From an uncultured Acidimicrobiia bacterium (GTDB lineage Bacteria > Actinomycetota > Acidimicrobiia > IMCC26256 > JAENVU01): a DNA stretch of 64,000 nt. Positions 1-8,321 of this stretch are shown in pieces (positions within the stretch are counted from its first letter, which is position 1; each line of letters begins with the position of its first letter). The stretch spans positions 2,992,235 through 3,056,234 of the forward strand of contig CAWDDH010000003.1 in assembly GCA_963801105.1 (NCBI GenBank), in the 5' to 3' direction. The notes beneath the pieces were generated by a model, which worked only from the letters and a program-made list of their open reading frames with translations, did no database searches and had not been told where the DNA came from. The translations under genes and the position numbers were made by a program.

Positions 1-356
1 CGATCGCGGTGCTGCTGATCCTCCCCGCGGCGTTCGGCCCGCAGGACCCCGCGTCGAGCCGGATCCGCGCCTTCCTCCAGAGCCGGGTCATGGTGTACCT
101 CGGCAGCATCTCGTACGGCATCTACCTGTGGCACGAGGGGTGGATCGATCGCTACCTCACGTGGACCGGCATTCCCGTGTTCGGCGTCTACACCTCCGAC
201 ACGCCGTTCCGGTGGCACACGAACTCGGTGATCAGCATCCCGTGGCTGGTGTTCCTCCTCGCGGTGCTCGCACTCACGATCGCGTCGGCGTCGCTGTCGT
301 GGTTCCTGCTCGAGCGGCCGCTGCTGCGCCGATTCCACCGCCCCGGGCCGGCCTGA
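1..356 (+). CDS. acyltransferase family 3 (OafA/YrhL-like) membrane protein, C-terminal fragment; 5' end outside window
   Basis: Track ORF 9..356 stays open to the window edge. It has the ISYGIYLWHEGW motif, a terminal TM helix and an LLERPLLRR tail, as in acyltransferase_3 C-termini. Third codon positions are GC-rich. Confidence 0.65.
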   Translation, partial: IAVLLILPAAFGPQDPASSRIRAFLQSRVMVYLGSISYGIYLWHEGWIDRYLTWTGIPVFGVYTSDTPFRWHTNSVISIPWLVFLLAVLALTIASASLSWFLLERPLLRRFHRPGPA

Positions 357-367
357 CCGGCACGGGT

Positions 368-2311
368 TCACGGGGCCTTCGCGTGCACCGGCCCGACGTA
401 GACGCCGATCGTGTTCCGGTCGGACCGCTCCTGAAGTCGGGCGTAGGTCGCGAACCGCTTCGCCCACGGCCGGGGCAGGTCGAGCAGGTCACGGTCCACG
501 GCGAGCGCCAGCTGGCCCGAGCGCAGCGCGTCGGCCCGGGACTCGGGCGTGTCGAACGGGCCCCGCAAGGCCACGAAGAATCCGGACGCGATCGCAGAGG
601 CCAGCTTCGGTGAGTCGGTGAGCGCGCCGGTGCCCAGGTAGTCCCCGATCCGGTGCACGAGCCGGCGCAGCCGGGCCCGCTCGGTCCGGTCGAGCCCGTC
701 GTGGAACGCGACCCGGTGGAACGGCCCGAGCGTGTGGCGCATCGCCACTGCCCCCGACCGGTAGAAGACCTTCGAGCGCGCGTTGTGACCGTCGTAGCGC
801 CGTTCGGGCCCGAGATGGCGGACCTCGTACGGGCTCGCGGTGACGAACGGGATGCCCCGCGACGCCAGCTCCGCCATGATCGCTCCACTGATGGGCTCCT
901 GGAAGCGGATGTCGGACCACTCCACGAGCAGCGGTGCGTCCGGCCGCAGCCGCCCGAGCTGACGGTCCAGGTGGCGCATGACCGGGACCGACCACGATTC
1001 GATCTCGGGTCCGCCGGTCGCCGCGGCCGTTGGCAGGTTGGCGACCGCGACCACGAGCACGAGCACACCGACCACCCGGACGACGAGCCGGCGCCGCGAC
1101 GTGCGCCGGGCGACGAGCTCGAACAGGCCGTCGAGCAACACGAAGGTCGTGAACGCCGCGATCGGCCAGAGGAACCGGAACTGGTGCGGAGCGATGCCGA
1201 CGATCTCCGTGCCGACCCGTGACGTGGTGAAGAGCCCGATCGCCATCGCCACGAGCGCCACGACCACCCCGGTGAGGACCGCGGTCCGGCGGCGGCGCCA
1301 CGCCCAGGCTCCGAGCACGACGAGGGCGAGCAGCAGCACCCCGAGCGCGACCGCCGCCCAGCGGATGCTGGGGACGCCCGTGGTCGCGATCGACAGCGCG
1401 TTCGCGCCGACGGGTTGACCCTTGGGCCGGAACGTGTCGGCGAACGAGTCCCGCAGCCAGAACGGCGGACGGACGAGGACCGCGCTCGTGATGCGCGCCG
1501 CGCCGCGCCACCCCACGATCGCGTCGGGGCCCGCTCGGACCAGGTCGAGGATCCGCCCGAGGTTCCCGCGCCGCGTCGTGAGCTGCTCCACGACCGGCGG
1601 GATCCAGAGCAGGAGCCCGACACCGGTCGCCACCGCCAGTGGCCGCCAGGCCGGCCGAGCGTCGGGCCGGTGCTCGACCCGGCGCCGGAGGAGCCCGAGC
1701 ACCACCGCCCCGATCAGGAGCAGCGGCACGAGGTACCCGTAGCTCAGGTGCGTCTGGAGCAGCAGGCTGCCGACAGCCACCGCGGGTACCGCGAGCACGA
1801 GGTCGCCCTCGGCGAGACCCCACACCAGGAAGAGGAATGCGAGGAACGGCAGGATCAGCACGTGCGGCTGCCACGGGTCGTAGAGCAGGGCGCTCCCCAT
1901 CGACCAGGCGAGCGCGGTGGCGACCAGCGACGCCAGCGCCGACCGGCGGAGGCCCCCCTGGCGCCATCCGACCCACGCGCCGAGCGCGATCGACGCGACG
2001 TTGATCAGCGCGACGCCGACGGCGGTGCCCGCGGCCCGACCGAGCGCAGCGATCGGCACCGCGAGCAGCTGGAAGAGGATCGGACCGGGATGGTTGAGCG
2101 GCCGGGGTGCGCCGACCGACACCGATGCGGCCTGGCCGATGAGTGGCGTCGCCGCGCCGAAGACGTCTTCGGCGCGCACCGCCACGAGGCCGTTGTCGCC
2201 GACCGGGAGCCAGTGGTGCGTGAGCGCCCGCACCGTCGCCACGACCACCGGGATCGCCGCCACCACGAACAGCATCACCGCGACGTTGCGGTCCCGCGCC
2301 CGCACGCTCAC
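368..2311 (-). CDS. polytopic membrane protein, probable GT-C-type glycosyltransferase (tandem paralog A)
   Basis: Derived from track ORF 368..2578. I place the start at GTG 2311 (VSVRARDRNVAVMLFVV...), which makes a GTGA overlap with the upstream stop at 2308; ATG 2275 is an alternative. It has many hydrophobic segments and then a soluble C-terminal domain. It shares the HPGP, LQTHxSY and PPxVxxLT..GNL strings with 2308..4206. Confidence 0.7.
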   Translation of the reverse strand: MSVRARDRNVAVMLFVVAAIPVVVATVRALTHHWLPVGDNGLVAVRAEDVFGAATPLIGQAASVSVGAPRPLNHPGPILFQLLAVPIAALGRAAGTAVGVALINVASIALGAWVGWRQGGLRRSALASLVATALAWSMGSALLYDPWQPHVLILPFLAFLFLVWGLAEGDLVLAVPAVAVGSLLLQTHLSYGYLVPLLLIGAVVLGLLRRRVEHRPDARPAWRPLAVATGVGLLLWIPPVVEQLTTRRGNLGRILDLVRAGPDAIVGWRGAARITSAVLVRPPFWLRDSFADTFRPKGQPVGANALSIATTGVPSIRWAAVALGVLLLALVVLGAWAWRRRRTAVLTGVVVALVAMAIGLFTTSRVGTEIVGIAPHQFRFLWPIAAFTTFVLLDGLFELVARRTSRRRLVVRVVGVLVLVVAVANLPTAAATGGPEIESWSVPVMRHLDRQLGRLRPDAPLLVEWSDIRFQEPISGAIMAELASRGIPFVTASPYEVRHLGPERRYDGHNARSKVFYRSGAVAMRHTLGPFHRVAFHDGLDRTERARLRRLVHRIGDYLGTGALTDSPKLASAIASGFFVALRGPFDTPESRADALRSGQLALAVDRDLLDLPRPWAKRFATYARLQERSDRNTIGVYVGPVHAKAP

Positions 2312-4206
2312 TCCGCGAGGTCGGGCGGCCCGATGAACACCGCGTTCGGGCGCCCGAGGTCGAGGAGGCGCAACAGGTTCCGCTGCAACGGGCGCGGGAG
2401 GCCGGGCGTCAACGACGTGGTGAAGATGTTGGCGTCGAGCTCCGGGATCAGCTCCGCGAGCCCGCCGGCGCGCATCTGCCGGCGCACCACGCGGTTCAGG
2501 CGGGCCGACTCCCGCAGTTGCGCCGCGCTTCTCGGATCCTTGCGGGCGATCAGCGTGACGCCGGGGAGCCGCTGCCACTTCACGATGTCCGCCTCACCGA
2601 CCGCGTAGTGCACGACCGCGGTGGCGTCGCCGCGGGTCACGATCCGTCGGGGCGTCACGATGGCCCGATACGCGACGTTGTCGGGGAACCCCGCGTCGAT
2701 GCCGACGCGCTCGAGCTCGTTGACCATCGTGTACGCGGGTGCGTTGATCGTCACGGTGTCGACGACAGTGACCTGGTATCGGCCGTCGGGCCCGCCCCCG
2801 ACGTACTTCCCGCTGTCGATCGCGCCGATCGTGGCACGCGCGAGGAGCCCGGCGGTCGCCGACACGCGCGGCGTCGGCGGCTCGACGGTCGACGCGTCGA
2901 CCGCGAACCCGGTGAGGTACCCCACCATCACCACCGCGAGCGCGACGGTCCCGAGCCGCGCCGTCCGCGCGCGGTCGGATCGCGCCCGCCACACGAGGAG
3001 GAGGACGGCCCAGGCCGTCGCGAAGAGGAGGAGGGCGTTGAGCTGCCATGCCCAGAGCATCAGGTAGTACCAGACGAAGCCGAAGATGTTCGCGATCGAG
3101 ATCACGCCGAGCACGAGCATCCCGGCCAGCACGACGTCCAGCGCCAGCAGCGCGCGCACGCGCTCCCGCACCGCGACGGCGACGGACGCCACCCACGCGA
3201 TCAGCACCACGACCCCCGGCGCGACCGACCCGGTCGTCGCGTCCTGGCCCGCGACGAGCCGCCACGGGTTCAGGTGCACCAGGAGGATCTCCGCACCCTG
3301 CCGGATCCCGATCGGGTCCTCGGGCGGGTTGGTGAAGTGCCGCCAGATGAGGGTGAGGTTGCCCTCGGAGTTGGTCAGCTCCTGCACGATCGGCGGGACG
3401 GCGGTGAGGAGCACGATCCCGGCCGCGAGCCCGACCCACCACCAGCGCCGGTCGTCGAGCGCGTCCCGTCGTCGCGCCAGGCTCCACGCGGTCCAGACCA
3501 GCGCCACCGCGCCGAGCCCGCCGACGAGCCCCAGGTAGGAGATGTGCGTCTGGAGGCAGAAGCACGCGGCGAAGGCCGCCACCGGGAGCATCGCGAGGTC
3601 GTCGCAGAGGACCGACCAGACTCCGAGCACGAACACGACGAACCAGAGGATCGGCAGGTACGGGTTCCAGGCCTGGGTGAGGATCGACGGGCCGTAGAAG
3701 TAGGTGAGCACCGCGAGCACGGCCCCGATGCCGAAGAACATCGGGGCGCCGCCGCGCCGGCGGCCGACGACGAGGGCCGCGCCGAGCGCGAGCGCGTTCA
3801 GGGTGGCCGTCGCGGCCTGCATCGCCCACGCGGACGCGCCGAAGAGCTCGTAGAACGGGGCGAGTGCCCAGAAGCTGAGCGGACCGGGGTGCGACCCCTG
3901 ATGGCGGAACGACCCGATGCGGCCCGGGAGCCCGATCAGCGGGGGATGCGCGCTGAAGACGTCGCGCAGGCGCATCTCGGTCTGGGCGAGGTCGAGGATC
4001 GGGAACCACCGCGGCCGGGCCAGCGCGACGAGCGCCACCACGAAGCCCACCGCGAATGCGAGCCAGGCGACGACGAGCCAGGCCGCGGGCACTCGACGCC
4101 GAGCGGAGACGGCCGCCTCGGGCTCGGCCACGGCGCCCGGACCGTCCACCACCGCCGTCGCCATCGGGGCCGATTCTACGGCCGTACCCGCTCCGAAGCG
4201 CTGCAC
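2308..4206 (-). CDS. polytopic membrane protein, probable GT-C-type glycosyltransferase (tandem paralog B)
   Basis: Track ORF 2308..4206, with the start at GTG 4206 or ATG 4164. It has the same architecture and conserved strings as 368..2311 (WFPILD..RDVFSAHPPLIG..HPGPLSF, LQTHISY, PPIVQELTNSEGNL). Confidence 0.7.
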   Translation of the reverse strand: MQRFGAGTAVESAPMATAVVDGPGAVAEPEAAVSARRRVPAAWLVVAWLAFAVGFVVALVALARPRWFPILDLAQTEMRLRDVFSAHPPLIGLPGRIGSFRHQGSHPGPLSFWALAPFYELFGASAWAMQAATATLNALALGAALVVGRRRGGAPMFFGIGAVLAVLTYFYGPSILTQAWNPYLPILWFVVFVLGVWSVLCDDLAMLPVAAFAACFCLQTHISYLGLVGGLGAVALVWTAWSLARRRDALDDRRWWWVGLAAGIVLLTAVPPIVQELTNSEGNLTLIWRHFTNPPEDPIGIRQGAEILLVHLNPWRLVAGQDATTGSVAPGVVVLIAWVASVAVAVRERVRALLALDVVLAGMLVLGVISIANIFGFVWYYLMLWAWQLNALLLFATAWAVLLLVWRARSDRARTARLGTVALAVVMVGYLTGFAVDASTVEPPTPRVSATAGLLARATIGAIDSGKYVGGGPDGRYQVTVVDTVTINAPAYTMVNELERVGIDAGFPDNVAYRAIVTPRRIVTRGDATAVVHYAVGEADIVKWQRLPGVTLIARKDPRSAAQLRESARLNRVVRRQMRAGGLAELIPELDANIFTTSLTPGLPRPLQRNLLRLLDLGRPNAVFIGPPDLAE

Positions 4207-4250
4207 CGTGTGCCCGTTCGGGGCGCGATCGCGCGGCTACAGTCCGACCG

Positions 4251-6062
4251 ATGCCCGGCACCGCTGAGCACGTGTCGCCGCGTGCGCGGACCCGCTCCGT
4301 CCCCGGCGTGCGGGCGTTCACCACACTCTCCGGGCGCGTCGCCGCGTGGTCGCCCCGCACCAAGCGGATCGTCGTCATCGCGGTGATCGCGGCGGCGTTC
4401 GCCCTCCCGCTCCGCGGGCTGCTGCGGAACCAGGGGCCACCCATGGAAGAGGGCTTCATGCTCGTCTTCCCCGAGCGGGTCCTCCACGGCGACCTGCCCA
4501 ACCGGGACTTCCTGCACCTGTACGGTCCCGGCAGCCTCTGGCTGCTCGCGGGATGGATGAAGGTCCTGGGTGTCACGCTGACGTCCGAGCGGCTCTTCGC
4601 CCTGCTCCAGGAGATCGGCGTCGTGGGCGGCATCTACTGGCTCGCCCGACCCTGGGGCCGCCGCCTCGCCCTCGCGTGCGCTCTCCTCTCGCTCGTCTTC
4701 ATCCTCCCACCGCTCGGGCTCACCGCCCTGGCCTGGGTCGGCGGTGTGGCGCTCGGGCTGCTCGGCCTGGGCCTCACGCTCGCCGGACGCCACCGGCTCG
4801 CACCCGACGGAACCGCACCCGCTCCGCCCGCAGCGCTGCGTTTCGCCTTCTGGGGTGGGGTCGTCAGCGCCGCCGCACTCCTGTTCCGGCTCGACCTGAT
4901 CGTGGCGGTCGGCCTCGGAGCGCTCGCGGCGACGGCGGGCACCGGCCGGCGCCTGCGCGTGCGCTATCTCACCGGGCTCGGCATCGGGTCGTCGCTCTAC
5001 CTGATCCAGATCCTCACCGCCGGCGCGTACAACACGTTCAAGGGCATGGTGCTCGACCCGGTCGTCTACCTGCGCGGTGGGCGGCGACTGCCGATTCCCC
5101 CGCCCTGGGACCACCTCGATGGCTTCCTCCAGCGGTCCGGGGCGATCCAGCCGCCGAAGTGGCCGCTCCCGCACCTCTCGACCTCCCAGCAGCTGTTCCT
5201 CTGGTTCTTCTTCATGATCGCGACCGTGCTCTTCGTCCCGGTCGTGGGATGGCTCGCCTCCCGGCAGCGACCCGACGGCTTCCGTCCGCGCGTGCTCCTC
5301 GCGGCGGGGCTGTTCGGCCTCGGCATCATCTCCCAGGGCATCCAGCGGGTGGACTCCGCGCACTTCGCCTGGGTCAGCTGCGTGTCGGTCGCGCTGCTCC
5401 CGGTGGCCGTGTTCGAGCTCGTCGCCTGGCGCCGAGGTCGGCGCGGCAACCGCACGACGCGGCCCGTGCCACGCGTCGGCGCCTCCCGCGTGATCTGCGC
5501 GGTCGGCATCCCGGTGGCAGTGGTCCTGCTGATCCCGCACTTCACCGGCTGGTCCTACGTGGACTTCAGCGCCCAGACGTTCGGTCGCCACCGGCTCGCG
5601 TTCCCGATCACGCGCAACGGCCGCACCTTCTACTACGGGCGCGAGGACGTCGCGAACGCCGCGCGGGAACTGCTCGCGGAGGTTCCCAAGGTCGCGCAAC
5701 CGGGCGACAGGCTCTTCGTCGGGCCGACCGATCTCCGCAAGACGCCGTACTCGGACGCGTACCTCTACTACCTGCTCCCCGAGTACCCGCCCGGCACCTA
5801 CTTCATCGAGATGGACCCCGGCGTCGCGAACGAGAAGGGCTCGCGCATGCCCTCGGACCTCGCGCACTCCCAGATCGCGATCCTGTCCGGAGTCTGGAAC
5901 GACTGGTCCGAACCGAACGACTCACGCAAGTTCGGGAGCGACGCGTCGACGAAGGTCCTCCATCGCGACTTCTGCCGGGTGCGCACCTTCGGTGAGCGTG
6001 CCGACGACGGCAAGCCGCTCTACGAGCTCTGGGTCAAGCGGTCGAATCCCGCCTGCGCCTGA
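4251..6062 (+). CDS. polytopic membrane protein with soluble C-terminal domain, possible GT-C-like glycosyltransferase
   Basis: This is the in-frame ATG at 4251 (MPGTAEH...) inside track ORF 4056..6062; the arginine-rich N-terminal extension before it looks non-coding. It has an acidic EEGF motif before the first TM cluster, about 10 hydrophobic segments, and a conserved-looking tail (FVGPTDLRKTPYSDAYLYYLLPEYPPGTYFIEMDPG). It is divergent from 2308..4206. Confidence 0.65.
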   Translation: MPGTAEHVSPRARTRSVPGVRAFTTLSGRVAAWSPRTKRIVVIAVIAAAFALPLRGLLRNQGPPMEEGFMLVFPERVLHGDLPNRDFLHLYGPGSLWLLAGWMKVLGVTLTSERLFALLQEIGVVGGIYWLARPWGRRLALACALLSLVFILPPLGLTALAWVGGVALGLLGLGLTLAGRHRLAPDGTAPAPPAALRFAFWGGVVSAAALLFRLDLIVAVGLGALAATAGTGRRLRVRYLTGLGIGSSLYLIQILTAGAYNTFKGMVLDPVVYLRGGRRLPIPPPWDHLDGFLQRSGAIQPPKWPLPHLSTSQQLFLWFFFMIATVLFVPVVGWLASRQRPDGFRPRVLLAAGLFGLGIISQGIQRVDSAHFAWVSCVSVALLPVAVFELVAWRRGRRGNRTTRPVPRVGASRVICAVGIPVAVVLLIPHFTGWSYVDFSAQTFGRHRLAFPITRNGRTFYYGREDVANAARELLAEVPKVAQPGDRLFVGPTDLRKTPYSDAYLYYLLPEYPPGTYFIEMDPGVANEKGSRMPSDLAHSQIAILSGVWNDWSEPNDSRKFGSDASTKVLHRDFCRVRTFGERADDGKPLYELWVKRSNPACA

Positions 6063-6768
6063 AGCGGTCGCGGATCCCCCACCAGCTCACGAGGGCCATC
6101 TCCTCGGCCATCACCGCCATCGACATCTTGGAGTGCCCCCGCACGCGATCGGTGAAGGTGATCGGCACCTCGACGATCGTCCCACCGGCCTGGGCCACCC
6201 GGTAGGCCAACTCGATCTGGAACCCGTACCCCTTGGCCCGGGTCGCCGCGTAGTCGATCTTCTCCAGGATCTCGACGCGGAACGCGCGGTAGCCGGCCGT
6301 CGCGTCCTTCACGCCGGTGCGCAGCATGAAACCGGTGTAGAGGTTCCCGTACTTCGACATCGCCCGGCGCCGGGCCGGCCAGTGGGGGATCGCACCCCCG
6401 GGGACGTACCGCGACCCGATGACGAGGTCGGCACCCGCCTCGACCGCCGCGAGGAGATCGGGGAGCACCTCCGGGTCGTGCGAGAGGTCGGCGTCGATCT
6501 GGCACACGACGTCGTAGCCGCGAGCGATACCGATCGCGAACCCGGCGCGGTAGGCGTTGCCCAACCCGCGCTTCTCCGGTCGGCGCAGCACCTCGATGTG
6601 CCCGAGCTCGGCGGCGACCCGCTCGGCGATGTCCGCGGTGCCGTCGGGGCTGTTGTCGTCGAGCACGAGGATGTCGACCTCGGGCACTGCCGCGCGTGCC
6701 CGCCGGAGGAACTCCTCGATGTTCTCGGCCTCGAGGTAGGTGGGCGTGCAGACCTGGACCCGCATCAA
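6034..6768 (-). CDS. ppm1: polyprenol-monophosphate glycosyl (mannose) synthase, GT2 family (Ppm1/DPM1-like)
   Basis: The full-length pattern of polyprenol monophosphomannose synthases is present: TPTYLEAENI, LVLDDNSPDGT, RPEKRGLGNAY, QIDADLSHDP, VIGSRYVPGG, KDATAGYRAF, GYGFQIE, VPITFTDRVRGHSKMS. Its start makes an ATGA overlap with the upstream stop. Sugar specificity cannot be read from the sequence. Confidence 0.85.
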   Translation of the reverse strand: MMRVQVCTPTYLEAENIEEFLRRARAAVPEVDILVLDDNSPDGTADIAERVAAELGHIEVLRRPEKRGLGNAYRAGFAIGIARGYDVVCQIDADLSHDPEVLPDLLAAVEAGADLVIGSRYVPGGAIPHWPARRRAMSKYGNLYTGFMLRTGVKDATAGYRAFRVEILEKIDYAATRAKGYGFQIELAYRVAQAGGTIVEVPITFTDRVRGHSKMSMAVMAEEMALVSWWGIRDRFRRRRDSTA

Positions 6769-8321
6769 CCCTGCCCGGAGCTGCGCCGGGCGGCCGCAGC
6801 GTCGATCGCGGACCGGGGCAGCACCGGGGCGTCCCGGCCGGTTCCACCCTCACCGCCGGCCTCCGCGTCGTCGCGGACCTCGTGGTAGCGGTCCTCGACG
6901 TTCACCGACCAGACGTCGTTGTGCGCACCGAAGAGGTTGTCGACCGAGAGGATGGCCGTCATCATCGAATGGTCCTGGTTGTTGTACTTGTGCATGCCGT
7001 TGCGGCCCGTCGGCATGATGTTGGGAGCATTGGCCGCGATCCAGTCCCGCAGGACCGCCACGTTGTCCTTGTAGAACTCGTCATAGACCGGGTACGCCTT
7101 GGGCATCCGCACCACGTAGCCGGCCTCCACCTTGCTGGAGTCGGCGAGGCCGAGCGCCTCGAGCTCGCGCTTGCCCTGCTCGACGAGCGCCTCGTCGGAC
7201 TTGGTCCACATGTCGTCGCCCTCGTTCACGAAGAACTCGAGTCCGAGACAGGTCCGTCCCTCCTTGACGAGATACGGCGACCACGACCCGAAGTTCTGGA
7301 TCCGACCCACCTTCACCGCGGGGTCGTGGATGTAGATCCAGTTGTCGGGGAACGAGTACTCGACCGGCACCACCAGCGCCACCGTCATGAAATCCCGGTA
7401 GGTGAGTCCCTCGGCCGCGGCCCGCACGTGCTCCGGCGCCGGCGGGTCGAGCGCTCGGATCAGCGACCGGAACGGCATCGACGAGATCACGTGCGTGCAC
7501 GGGTAGGTCCGCGCCTCGCCGTCGATGTCCGCGACCACCTCGTACGCGGCGCCGTCACGGTGACGGATGGTCACGACCTCGGCGCCGAACACGAGGTTCG
7601 TTCCCGCCGCAGTCACGATCTCCGCGCACTTCTCCCACATCTGGCCCGGGCCGTACTTGGGGTAGTTGAACGACTCGATGAGCGAGGTGACCTGGTCGCC
7701 CTTGCCCCGGCGGGCCTTGATCGCCTTCGGCGTCAGCGCGTCGGCGATCGCGGTCATGAGCGACATGCCCTTCGACCGCTGGGCGCCGAAGTCGGCGGAC
7801 ATCTCCTTGGTGGGGACGCCCCAGACCTTCTCGTTGTAGCGGCGGAAGAAGTGCTCGTAGAGCCGCCAACCGAACTGGCTCACGTAGAAGCCCTCGAGGT
7901 TGCTCGTGTCCTCGGGCGGACGGACCTTCACCCAGGCGTAGGAGCCCACGCAGCGCACCGCCTCCACCGGGCCGAGGTTGCGCAGGGCGTTGATCGGCTT
8001 GAGCGGGTAGTCGTAGAGCTTGCCCCGGTAGAGGATCCGCGACATCCGGGGCCGCTGGAGGAACTCCTCCGCACCCAGGATCTCGAACCAGAGCTCGTCG
8101 ACCTCGCGGACCTTGGTGAAGAACCGGTGGCCACCGATGTCGAAGCGCCAGCCGTCGCGCTCGACGGTCCGGCTGATCCCGCCGACCGTGTGGTCGGCCT
8201 CCAGGATCGTCGCCGTCACGCCCCGCTGGGCCAGCTTGTACGCCGCCGTCAGTCCCGCCGGTCCCGCGCCGATGATCACCACGTTCGGTGCAGTCGATTC
8301 GGGCGCGTCGGGTTGCGACAT
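6765..8321 (-). CDS. FAD-dependent oxidoreductase, UDP-galactopyranose-mutase-like
   Basis: The start is at MSQPDAPE (ATG 8321) inside track ORF 6765..8393. It has a Rossmann FAD motif (VVIIGAGPAGLTAAYKLAQRG..ILEADHTVGG) and a Glf-family-like string (FGWRLYEHFFRRYNEKVWG). A TGATG overlap joins it to the upstream stop. Confidence 0.75.
   Translation of the reverse strand: MSQPDAPESTAPNVVIIGAGPAGLTAAYKLAQRGVTATILEADHTVGGISRTVERDGWRFDIGGHRFFTKVREVDELWFEILGAEEFLQRPRMSRILYRGKLYDYPLKPINALRNLGPVEAVRCVGSYAWVKVRPPEDTSNLEGFYVSQFGWRLYEHFFRRYNEKVWGVPTKEMSADFGAQRSKGMSLMTAIADALTPKAIKARRGKGDQVTSLIESFNYPKYGPGQMWEKCAEIVTAAGTNLVFGAEVVTIRHRDGAAYEVVADIDGEARTYPCTHVISSMPFRSLIRALDPPAPEHVRAAAEGLTYRDFMTVALVVPVEYSFPDNWIYIHDPAVKVGRIQNFGSWSPYLVKEGRTCLGLEFFVNEGDDMWTKSDEALVEQGKRELEALGLADSSKVEAGYVVRMPKAYPVYDEFYKDNVAVLRDWIAANAPNIMPTGRNGMHKYNNQDHSMMTAILSVDNLFGAHNDVWSVNVEDRYHEVRDDAEAGGEGGTGRDAPVLPRSAIDAAAARRSSGQG

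Noticed and set aside
274-4633. Very long overlapping ORFs in alternate or antisense frames, for example 274..1623, 489..1976, 1415..2608, 2518..4386 and 2594..4633. Many similar ones occur throughout the track.
   Set aside because: Their translations are Arg/Pro/Gly/Ala-rich low-complexity strings with no motifs. They overlap ORFs that have clear family signatures and TM patterns. They are the expected stop-codon-poor shadow frames of very GC-rich DNA.
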